Assembly: GCA_963514005.1 (NCBI GenBank)
Contig: OY740813.1
Coordinates: 14,942,001 to 15,006,000 of the forward strand
Reading direction: 5' to 3'
Source of the DNA: Raja brachyura
Taxonomy: Eukaryota
Length of the DNA: 64,000 nucleotides
Shown here: positions 11,162 to 21,574 of the stretch, one piece after another
Layout of the letters: each line of letters begins with the position of its first letter
Position numbering within the stretch: position 1 is the first letter of the stretch
Translations under genes and position numbers: made by a program
Notes under the pieces: generated by a model
What the model was told of the DNA's origin: nothing
Database searches by the model: none
The model's input: only the letters and a program-made list of their open reading frames with translations

Positions 11162-13764
11162 GTTAGTTAGTTAGTTTATTTATTACCAAGGTACATTGAA
11201 ACGCTTTTGTTGCGTGCTAACCAGTCAACGGAAAAACAAGAGGTCTTCAATAGCCTTTGTTCTGGGGTTTATTAATTATATATCGAATGTAGAAACCTTA
11301 TGGTTTGGGTTGAGAAATTTTGGATTTGATTGTCCTGGATAATTGCTTCACTTAATATGATTTCCTTCTAACCCTCGCCTTGACCACATCCCAGCACTTG
11401 CATTAAACAGTCAGGGACCCACCGAAGTTCTCCTTTGTACAGAAAGCATTATGGCTCTCACTTGAATTGATTTTTTCCATGCTGGTTCTTCGCCACATTG
11501 GTATCTCTAAGATTGGTAACTTCCACTAGTTAAACTGCACCTTATCTAGCACTCGCTTGGGTCATAAAACTGTGCAACATGGAAACGGGCCCTTCGGTCC
11601 ACTTTATCCATGCCTACCAAGTTGGTATACAGGGCTAGTCTCATTTGCCTATATTTGGTCCAGAGCTCACTCAAACCTTCCTATTCATATATCCAAATGT
11701 CTTTTAAAAGTAGTAATTGTGTCCACTTCTATAATTACCTCTGACAGGTCATCCTAGATATGGACTACACTCTGGGGGAAAGTTTTGCCCCTCGGGTCCT
11801 AACTCTATCTTCTCACCTTAAGCCTATGCCCTCTAGAATTAGAATCCTCTACTCTGGAAAAAGACTGAGTGTTTAGTATATCATGATCCGCATGAACTTG
11901 TACACCTCAATAAAATTTCCCTTTGGCCGACTGTGCTCCGAAAAAAAAAAATCCAACTTCTCCCATAACTCAACCCCGATTATTAGGTATACAATTATAA
12001 CAATTCCGAACTTGCGGTAAAGGTTAGCAAAGCTTGAGGATGGAACTTTTCACAAATAAGCTTTTAGCCCAATGTCAAGAAGATCTTGAACAGGATTATA
12101 AAATGATTTATGTGTAGCATTCTGAAAGTCAAGAACAGCTTGATGTGGATACAATATCCAGAACATTTAGTTGAGGTCTAGCAAATTTAGCTGCAGTATC
12201 CAGCAGCCGTACAGGGTCGTACATCAAAAACAGTATCTGGATGTGGGGGATAGGATGAATGCACAGAATCCTTTTCCCAGGGCAGGGGAATCGAGAACCA
12301 GAGAACATCGGTTTAACATGATTTATGCAAGATTTATTAGGAACCTAAGGGCCAACTTTTTCTATTTGGAGGGTGGTAGGTATATAGAATGAGATGCTGT
12401 AAGAAATAGTGGAGGCAGATACAATTACAACATTTAAAATACACTTTGACAGATAAATGGATGGAATGATTTAGGGGTGTATGTGCCAAATGCAGGCAAA
12501 CAGGACTGGCTTAAATGGGGCAACTTGGTCGACATGGATAAGTTGGTCTGAAAAGGCTGTTTCAGTGCTGTATGACTGACTTTATGACTGATAACAGGTG
12601 CCGCACAACTTGGCTGCAGTGTCCAAAAAATCTCTAATGTTAGAAGAGGTCTTGCATCCTTTGGGTGCAGTATCTAGTATTTCTTCAGACAGTTACAGCT
12701 GCATTTTTCTGGTCTCCCAAATTAGTTTGATAGATCAAATCAAAATTACGCCAATTTTTGTTCCCGGATAAAAATTGGCAGGCCCATTTTGCACACAGCT
12801 CCCGTAACCATCAGAGAGTGGAGACTTTGATCTTTGATTTTGGCGTAAACCCAGATGTGGGCAGATTGTTTTGCAATGCAACTGCGAAACAGTCTTTCAC
12901 TTACAGGGGTTTATTATTAACTTTTTTTATCTTTACTTCTGCTTATTCTTGTGGAATGCATGTCTTTATTTAAACAGTAACTGAAGGTGGGGACAGGACA
13001 TTGACACAGCCCAGTCAAAGCTTAACATGCCCCCTTCACCCCATATTTGGCTAAAGTCAATGATTAACCCAGGGTTGAATTCCTCTGTTATCTCAGCAAA
13101 ATCTAGTCGGGAAAGTTCTGAGTGACCAATCACTGATTAAACTGAAGGTTGCTGAAGGTTCCAGCATCTGCAGTTTCTCAAGTCTCTATTTTACTGTTCC
13201 ACTGCAAAATCTCCTCAAGGTATGGCTACTTTGAAGATGTAGTCTCAGTCTGAAGAAGGGCTTTGTCCCAAATCCCGCCTATCCATTCCCTCCGCAGATG
13301 GTGCCTTACTCACTGAGTCCCTCCAGCAGTTTATGTTTGTCTCGCTCCTTAAACTACAGCCTTCCGGCTAGACACATATCACAATTGCTTAATATACTCT
13401 GTCCTTCAGTAATAGTAACCTGAACATTGAGGACATTTGTGGGTTTAATATAATGAGTTAGCTTAGTTTGAATTAAGATAGAACACAGTTTGGGCAATAC
13501 TTGGTCTTGTGGGAGAGAGGAGAGGGCTGAAGGGTGAAAATCAGCCAGGTGTCCAACTGTTATTCACAGCTTCCATACTCTATGGTTGGATGTTTCTGGG
13601 CTGGCAGGAGAGACAGTGCTGGAACTGCTCTAGGGGTGAGGTGATGTTGGAGAGATGACATCGCCCATGGATATTTACTTTCATATATTTGTTTACGGGT
13701 CTTGGTATCACTGGCAAGGTCCATCCCTGATCATCTTCGACTTGAGGATATATTTTATAGTGAG

Positions 13765-14065
13765 CCATGCTGCTGCCTCCTAGCACCAGAGATCTGGGTT
13801 TGATCATGACCTCGGCTGCTGCGTGTGTGGATTGTGCTCATTCTCCCTGCGTAGGTTTCGTCCGGGTGCTCTGCTTTTCTTCCCACGTCGCAAAGACGTA
13901 CAGGTTTGAGGGTTAACCGCTGTCTGTATATTTTTCCCTGGCGTCTTGGGAGTAGATTCAAAAGTGGGATTGCATAGTTCTATATTGATTATATGGGTTA
14001 CATAGAACGTAGTCAGTGTGGACTTGGTGGGCCGAAGAACCTGTTTCCATGCTGTGTCTTTCAAT
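13765..14065 (+). mobile_element. tRNA-derived V-SINE (HE1-like)
   Basis: ccagagatctgggtttgatc head, V-domain, tail gggccgaagaacctgtttccatgctgt. Confidence 0.8.
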
Positions 14066-14681
14066 CAATTGTCCAGAGTCACCTATAAGGCAGATTGGGT
14101 ACAGTTGACAAATTGTCTCCCATTTCACATTTCATACTTCAGTAGTTTTAGGATTACCATTATTTGGACCAATACTCTAAACTTGCTGAGCAAAGTGTAT
14201 CAGGGTGGAATGCAAAATAAATGTCACTGTTGTTGGAATCCAGCTGAGATTTGCCTACTGCTACCCAGGTCAATGGGGCTTGTTTTCTGTGGAACTACCT
14301 GTGTAGCAACAGTTGGCCATGAGTTGAGACAGTAAATGACCAGTTGGTGAAGAAGTGTGGTATTACATTATATCTCTAAGTCTGGCACAATGTCAACAAA
14401 AGTTTATATGTATGTAACTTACCCAATAGTGGGACTATGTCCACATGGACTAGTTACTGCAGAAGGTGGCTCAGTGCCACCTCCTCGTGGGTAATTTGAG
14501 ATGGGCATTAAAATGCTGGCTGTACCAGCTCCCTCCCATATGAGGGCATTCTGGTGAAGGCCTCACCCTGCTTCCCTTTCTCAGATGCTGCATATCCTGC
14601 TTGGCATTTCCAGCATTTTCTGGTTTTATTCCAAGAATTAACTGCCGGGCAAAACTCTCCTGGTTAAAAGACGAATACTCA

Positions 14682-15610
14682 AGTCTAGTGTATAGTGTAA
14701 AAGGAAACACTATAGAAACGAAACAGAAATGGGAATTGGAAATGAACATTATCATTACTGACGAAATGTGGGAAAAGATATGTCTTTTAGGTCATGTTAA
14801 CAAACATCCCCGCCTGGAGGGAGTTTGAATGGAAAATTAGAATGAGAGTATTTAAGACTCCTGTTAAGTTAGCAAGATACAGCCACACCTCAGATTTATG
14901 CTGGAGACAATGCGGGAAGATCGGCGATCATACCCATATTTTTTGGGATTGTCCCAAATTGTATCAATATTGGAGAAACATTCAGGTGGAGATCAAGCTA
15001 ATCTTGGGGGTGGATTTATCACTGGAGCCGGCATTCTTCATACTAGGAGAGACTCCAGAAAATATAGACACCAAAAATTAGACATACTTGCTTGGGGTGT
15101 TGCTGTTGGTTGCAGAGAAGATGATTACAGTGTCATGGAGAAATGTAAAGCCACCAAATGTTCAACAGTGGAGGGAAAGACTGAAAAATGTATATTTGAT
15201 GGAAAGCATAACAGCTAAACTCCAGTTTAGGACTGATGCTTTCAACATTATGTGGACACCGGTATTACTACAACTGTCAAGACTGATTAAGGACACAATT
15301 TCTCCATAGCCCCAGTGGAGGGGAGGAGGAACCATATGTACAGACATGATTGTGACTGTGTATAAGTACATACATAGAGGCGATCAATGTCAAAATAAGT
15401 TCTTCAAGTGACATACAAGTGTCTGGTTTAACATAATGGGTGATTATATATTAAGTAGGATTAAATATGATGAGCTTGCTTGGGTGCCTGTGAATGCGGT
15501 GCTCCTATGACAGAACTCTAGGATGATTTGATGCTGACAGCTGCTGTGTGATTTGTATATATTGTTTGTACATGCACTTTGTTTTGTTAATAAAAGTTGA
15601 GTGCAAAAAA
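14682..15610 (+). mobile_element. 5'-truncated L1-clade LINE (ORF2 C-terminus, 3' UTR, polyA)
   Basis: Zinc knuckle CWRQCGKIGDHTHIFWDCP; AATAAA at 15589 then polyA. 16-bp TSD AAAAGACGAATACTCA (14666-14681, 15611-15626) at a TT|AAAA site. Confidence 0.92.
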
Positions 15611-16378
15611 AAAAGACGAATACTCAGAGCATTCTTTGTCCTCATTGAAGTCCTGTGGGAAACTCAGTCCCTGCTACACACTGAATACTTTGCTGTTGGA
15701 GGTCAGGATCATGGTCGCTCCCGGTGTCTTAGCTCGGAGTCATGGTCTCTGTCACATCTCATCGCTGCAAGAGGGAGGTCACCTAAATTCCACATTCCAG
15801 GGGTAGAGCTTCTGCCTACTTTCCCTTCAGCCCCCAGAAGCAGACACAGACACTTCTCTGCATTGCAGGCTTCCCCAATATGTAGGCGTCCTATAAAGCT
15901 ATCCTTATAGAGACCTTCCTGAAAAATGCAGGAGACCACACGTGTTTTGGAGATCCCTGTACAAACAGCCTTCCTCAAACCGCATGTTGTTTTGCCTGGC
16001 TGTATCTCTTCAAGGTCTCTGTGGCCTCCCTGCACAAAGACCATGCTTCCAGTGGTCATTCTTTGCCAGCCCTACTCTCTGAAGAGGTTACTCTTTCCTT
16101 TGTAGCACCTACCCACCCCTTCCTACACATCCAGCAACAAGTCCTTCTCAGAGCTGGAAGAGTGTTACCATTCTGTTATGTCCCTCTGAGGGTTGGCTTC
16201 GAATACTGAGCGAGGGGCCGGGGGGAGGACACTGATTGACTGACTTACAGTATGCAATGATGGGAAATTTGATGTTTTATGTAATGAATGTGAGTGCTGT
16301 CAATTTTGATATTATTTTCAGTGGTTGGGTTGTTTCAGGTGATGGGTTCCTGACATCTTGAAATCCTGTTTCTTGCAG

Positions 16379-16480
16379 ATTTCCCACAACTCCAGGGAAG
16401 GCAGGACCATGCTGAGCAGCACTTGAAACGGAGCTTGCCTGTCAGCTCAGCTTTCTGCCCAAGCACAGCCATGGTGGAAG
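16379..16480 (+). CDS. FPGS: FPGS exon 11
   Basis: gcag|(D)FPQLQGRQDHAEQHLKRSLPVSSAFCPSTAMVE(G)|gtaacc. Phase 1-1; resembles human LPLAPVFQPTSHM. Confidence 0.9.
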
Positions 16481-16907
16481 GTAACCCTCGTGAATCCCAT
16501 GTGTACAGCTGTAACTGGCACTCCATGCTTTGTAACCTCAGGACCCTGTGCATATAACGTCCAGTTTGTGGAATTTCTAAAGTGTAGCAGTATTTCTGGA
16601 CCATTGGGGCAGCTCCAGTGATTTTCCTGCATGTTTCTGGGAGGTTGAATTGGGGCCCTTGATACAGGTCTGTCCACTCTCGAATCATTCTAGCCATGCA
16701 GCCACTGTGAAAGGATGGCTGTCTCACCATGTTGGACTTGCCAGTGTTGGGTCATTGGGCTCACAGGATGGGGAACTCGACATGGCTTTTATAATTAGCT
16801 GCTCCCTTTTCAGGAACACCCAGATGACCTTGTGCTATTTCAGTTGTAGTTGGGGAGAGTGGAGAGATGGAGGAAATCCCATTTATCTGCATTGACTTTA
16901 TTGACTA

Positions 16908-17800
16908 AGCGAGTTTGGTATTCCGACTGCGTATGCCCAGGTCATAGGTCACTAGCTATAAAGCGGTCTTGCCAACGGTGTGCAGGCTTGCGTTTCGTCC
17001 GTAGTCGGGTTGAGGGCGGCTCTCCTGGTGGTGTTGAGGCGTCCCCGTCCCCTCCCTGGTGTCCCATCCCTGTCAGGAGGTGTCGAGGGTGGCCCCGGAC
17101 TTGAGCCGGCGCTGCTGCGGCTGGTTCCAGCTTGGCTCTGCCTATCCTGCCGGGTTGGTCCCGGCAGCCCTCCACCTCCACCCCCCCTCCCCTCAATCCG
17201 ACACCGAGATCCTGCTGAAGATGAGCAGCCGCCGGCCCTGCTCGAAACCGAGAAACTCGGAGCCGCTGCAGCTGGAGACGTTCTGGTCGATGAGTCTGGG
17301 GACGGGCTCCTGCCGGCCATGGCGCAGGCCGGACGCCCGCTGGAGCTGCGGGTACTGTTGGTGATGGTGGTGCTGGCGGCAGCAGCATCCTTCTCCCCCT
17401 CCCTTGCCTAGTCTCAAACCCAGAGTCCGGGCCAGACCCAACTCCATGTCGGGGCTGAAGGCAGCCTGCGGCCCAGGCCGGTGATCTCGCTCCTCCTTGG
17501 GGTTGTGGATGAAGTGGAAGCGGGTACCATAGGGGCAGAAGCTGGTCGTGTGCAAGGTACGGCTTGTACTTGGTATGGCGGCTGGAGCCGTGGGTGCCTC
17601 CCCTGGCCTGCCTGGTATTCGCCCTCCCACCCCCGGCCCGCCTGATCTCCCCCCCCTTCGTCTCCCACACAAAAAAGGGAAAAAAACGGACCATAAGTAT
17701 ACTCACTGTATCTATAGCGCTGAGATCTATTTACTGTTACAGCTTACGACCTTTGACAAATCCCATGATTCCTTGCGTTTTTCGGAATATCGAACTGGCT
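16908..17800. mobile_element. Non-autonomous TIR DNA transposon (superfamily unassigned) carrying a host gene fragment
   Basis: 19-bp TIRs AGCGAGTTTGGTATTCCGA / TCGGAATATCGAACTGGCT (16/19 match), with TA on both sides. The left arm recurs at 118-484 and 23473-23545. Confidence 0.8.
17193..17583 (-). pseudogene. ZFP36 (tristetraprolin)-family fragment: degenerate second CCCH finger plus C-terminal CNOT1-binding motif
   Basis: SRHTKYK / frameshift / RTLHTTSFCPYGTRFHFIHNPKEER ... RRLLIFSRISVSD*. Family consensus is [30 protein letters not shown] and RRLPIFxRxSxSD/E. Confidence 0.9.
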
Positions 17801-17977
17801 TATTGCAACAATGACTATAGTTCAGAATACGTCCTTGTGATAAAACATGGATACATTCTTTGGAAAGGAATGTAAAAAAACTGCTTAAAAGTACACGTAA
17901 TTTTCATTCCAATGATGGGGTAAACCAGTTGGTGTATTTTGACAATCAAGCAGGTTTAGCGAGATTACTGCTTTCAC

Positions 17978-19277
17978 CAGGCACGTGCCGTGAGTAATTA
18001 CTCGGGGTAGATTTTTAAAAATCTTAAACTGTGCATGCGCAGATTGTTCTCTCCATAAGCTGTGGGGAGGGCAGGAGCGTTGAGAAGGAGGGGGTTGGGG
18101 ATCATGCTGGTAACTCACTCACCGCTGCCACGGCGCTTCGGGCGCGGAGCAACCACATTGTGGCTGGAGAGGGAAGTAGCTCGGGTGGCTGCGAGCGGCT
18201 GCCGGGACCTCAGCGCTTTCTGACGGCAAGCTCACCTCTGGCAGTGCTCTCCGTCTGCAAACCTCTCTCCTGCCGCTCGCCGGCCTCGCTTATGTCAGCC
18301 GCTTCCCGCAAATCCTTAAATTCCGACAGCCGAGTAACCTCAAATGGTCCCTTGATCGAGCTGTCGGAATTTAAGAATTTGCGGGAAGCGGCTGACATGA
18401 GTGAGGCCGGCGAGCGGCAGGAGAGAGGTCTGCAGACGGAGAGCACTGTCAGAGGAGAGTGGGCTGGCAGAAGGCGCTGAGATGGTGGCCGGTTCCACTG
18501 TCTGATCCTGGCGGCCGCTCACTGTGACCCGAGCTGCTTCCCTGCCCGGCACAATGCGTTGGCTCTGCACCGGGAGGTCGCTGCAAGTGAGTTGCTGGCA
18601 TGATCCCCAACCCCATCCTTCTCAACTCTCCTGCCCTCCCCGCAACTTTACCCCTGGCCAGACTCCCCACACGCTGTGAAAGGCTATCCCTCAGTACAAC
18701 AACATCGTTCTTGATGTTGCTGTACTGAGGGATAGCCAAGTCTATCTTTCTTGGCTAACAATCTTCCAACTTCGGCTTCCAAGACACACGTAAATTTTCG
18801 TGCCTTATTTTTGGGTAAAAAATAGCATCTTCATTGCTGGGAAATATGGTATTTAAAAACATATAGCACCAAGAAATCTACTTACCACATTATTGGTACA
18901 CAAACTCCATTCTTCTCTCTTTGTTTCCTAAGATAGTCTTAAGATAATGACAATCCATGTTTGAAAAACCCGCCAAGAAACCTGCGCTGCGCATGCGCAT
19001 TTGGCTACAGCGCATGCGCAGTCTGCAGTGCACGGTGCAATGGCAGAATTTCAGCTGCCTTCAGCTCCCCTTGTCATTGACGGCTTGAAACAGCGTCGAT
19101 GGCACTTTCACGTATTACATGTACTGCGAATGAAAGGCATGGAGAATTATGCCTACGGAAGAGATCGATCTCTTAGGTAGGTATAATTCTCCCATGCCTT
19201 TACTACTTATATTTAACAATTTCCATTTTATAATTTTAGTCGGGGTAGGCAATGCCTACCCTGACGGCACATGCCTG
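17978..19277. mobile_element. Non-autonomous composite hAT-type element
   Basis: TIRs CAGGCACGTGCCGT / ACGGCACATGCCTG (13/14). Perfect 8-bp TSD GCTTTCAC at 17970-17977 and 19278-19285. Confidence 0.85.
18056..18849. mobile_element. Palindromic MITE-like insert with one Tc2/pogo-like end, nested in the hAT element
   Basis: Long inverted repeat 18056-18650. The right end ...GCATCTTCATTGCTGGGAAATATGG|TA resembles CCGTATTT-type termini; no left TIR was found. Confidence 0.55.
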
Positions 19278-20254
19278 GCTTTCACCCATCTCTCCCTTCC
19301 CCTGGCAGCAACACACAACTTTACCATATGTTCTTGGTGGGAAGAAGAACACACGGCATTTTGTGTTTGGTCAAGGATCGTGTGATAATGGTACTCTTGG
19401 TAATCGCACCCCAGTGGATGTCTGTGGGTGCATGGTGAGGAACTAGACAGATCAACAATAGTTGCTGCAACATAGCCTTGTGCAGGTGCTGCCTTCTGGT
19501 GGCCTTCAGTGGTAAATCACTTTATAACGGCAGCTTAATCCCAGCACAGGGAATGTTAAAGCAGAACACCATTCAGCCCATCAAGTCTTTGCAGGTTCTT
19601 TAATTCATGCTGCTCCCTTAAATGGACCTTGGGGCATTTTAGGACATTGGGTTCAAATAGAAGTGCAATTCAGCATGGTTTGGAAGAGCATCGTGTTACA
19701 GAAGCTTCATTCAGATGGAAAAGGCAGAGTTATTTATATCGGGATATATTTACAGTAAGTTGATGTGCGGTGGTTTGGCTTCAAACCAGTGCTGCAGGAA
19801 GCGGATCAGGTTTCAAGGCTGGTTTCAGGGATCAAGCTGATTCCTGCATGAGTTATTCCTGGTTTGATTCCCAGGTGGCCCAGCTTTTAGTGTAAACATG
19901 CCCCTTTGTTCTGGAGGGGAAAACGTATCGGTCTTCTACATGCATGAGTTAGATCACAATTGGCTTCTTTACTCAAGCAAATAGTCAAATGTATTCAGTT
20001 CATTCTTATAATTAACCTCTAAGGTTTGGCCGCATCACTTTGGTTTCAGTATTCTTGGAGTCTACAATCTATCACCAATGTGGGCAGATGATGATCCATT
20101 CTTCTCTCTTTGTTTCCTAAGATACTCTTAAGATACTGACAATCCATGACAAAGCCAGCTGAGCAGTTGGAGCTTTGAATTGGAATGGTATTCAAGCTTT
20201 ATCAGATTTGGTCAATGATGTGGACATTGCTGGTGAGGACAGTCTATGTCCTTT

Positions 20255-20306
20255 GCTGAATAAACTTAGAGCTGAATAAACACAGAGCTGAATAAATACG
20301 GAGCTG
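20255..20306 (+). repeat. 16-bp tandem repeat, 3 copies (GCTGAATAAAnnnnGA)
   Basis: gctgaataaacttaga gctgaataaacacaga gctgaataaatacgga gctg. Confidence 0.9.
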
Positions 20307-20399
20307 CAGCCTTGGATCTCACATAGAAACATAAAAAATAGGCGCAGGAGCAGGCCATTGGCCATCATAGAGAGTAGCTAATATTTGTTACCCTTGCTG

Positions 20400-20660
20400 T
20401 GGGTCAGACATCACGTATGGACCAGTCTGGGTAAAGATAACACACTTCCTTCCTGAAAGGAATTTCGTAAGTCAGGCGGTTGATTCCGACAATCCAGTGG
20501 TTCAAACGTTGCCAATACAGTCGCAGGATTTTTAATTCCAGATTTATTTAGTGAGATGTATTTGAATTCTCCAACTGCCATGGTGGGATGCGAAGATGAT
20601 GCCTGATCACTTGTGGTCCAGATCCCTTGCTTAATAATCCAGTAACATGACAACAGCAAT
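20400..20660 (-). mobile_element. Old LF-SINE-like element
   Basis: Degenerate match by eye to the LF-SINE body and tRNA head (accagtctgggtaaagat...ttcct...gacaatccagtggtt...ctgccatggtgggatgcgaa). Confidence 0.55.
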
Positions 20661-21185
20661 GCAAGTTAGCTGAAGAGGATAAGAGAAAGTCCGTGTTGAA
20701 CATAAATTTCACTGGAGATCTGTTTGACGGACTGGTGTATTAATTGGCTGAGTACTTTCCACTGGTTATTATTGCTGTTGGAATTTGCTTATTTTTAATG
20801 TTAAATAGGATTCACTTGTTTCTTGTGTCACCCTTGGCTTGTGGATCCAACAGGAAGGTTTGAAGGTGTTATTCCAGGGAGGAGTGTCTCCATTACCAGG
20901 GAATAGAGAACAATGATTCTCATTGGACTGTGTGACAACGATCCTAAGTGGATTGGGAGAACGGAATGGGTAGAAGTTTGCTGCAGACAGGGTGAGATTA
21001 ATAGGTCATAACTTCTCATTGAGAATTACGAGCTAGCGACTGAGGAGGTGCTACCTATGTCCCACCAGATGTTTGAATGATTTCTTGTGGAAGATGAAGA
21101 ATTTGCAATCAAAGTACATGTTTCTCCACAAGGTGATCTGGGATTTACTTGACATGTAAACCTTTTGTCTCTGATTTTACTCCAG

Positions 21186-21283
21186 GATTACGCAATACTG
21201 AATGGCTGGGTCGTTCGCAGATCCTGAAACGTGGCTCTGTGACATATTACATTGATGGTGCTCATACGATTGGTAGTATAAAG
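21186..21283 (+). CDS. FPGS: FPGS exon 12
   Basis: ccag|(G)LRNTEWLGRSQILKRGSVTYYIDGAHTIGSIK|gtgtgt; contains the DGAHT motif. Confidence 0.95.
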
Positions 21284-21574
21284 GTGTGTTGGCATAACAT
21301 GGGGTCTGCCATCTTTATTAGAGCTGCTCAGAGTCTGTATTTGTCAGAATGGTTTGTTGAGTGCCACAAACCCTAACAGCTCCTCACACAGAGGTTTTCT
21401 GAGCTGTTAAAGCTTGCTTCTAAGGCATCTTGCTCCAGTGCTATCCATCCACTGCCCCCAATCCCCATAACACTGAGCTCCATCACTCACTTGCTCATGG
21501 TGCACACTTGCAAATTAAATCCAGAAACTCCTTCACCAGAGCAGGGGAAAAGCTGCTAAAGTTTGGTTGTGCAT

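Noticed and set aside
16942-17706. 254-aa minus-strand ORF as a real gene or transposase
   Set aside because: Non-ATG start, low complexity and no DDE motifs. Only the RHTKYK piece is meaningful, as a frameshifted part of the ZFP36 cargo.
18031-18480. Mirror-image ORFs on both strands
   Set aside because: A consequence of the DNA palindrome; no protein-family resemblance.
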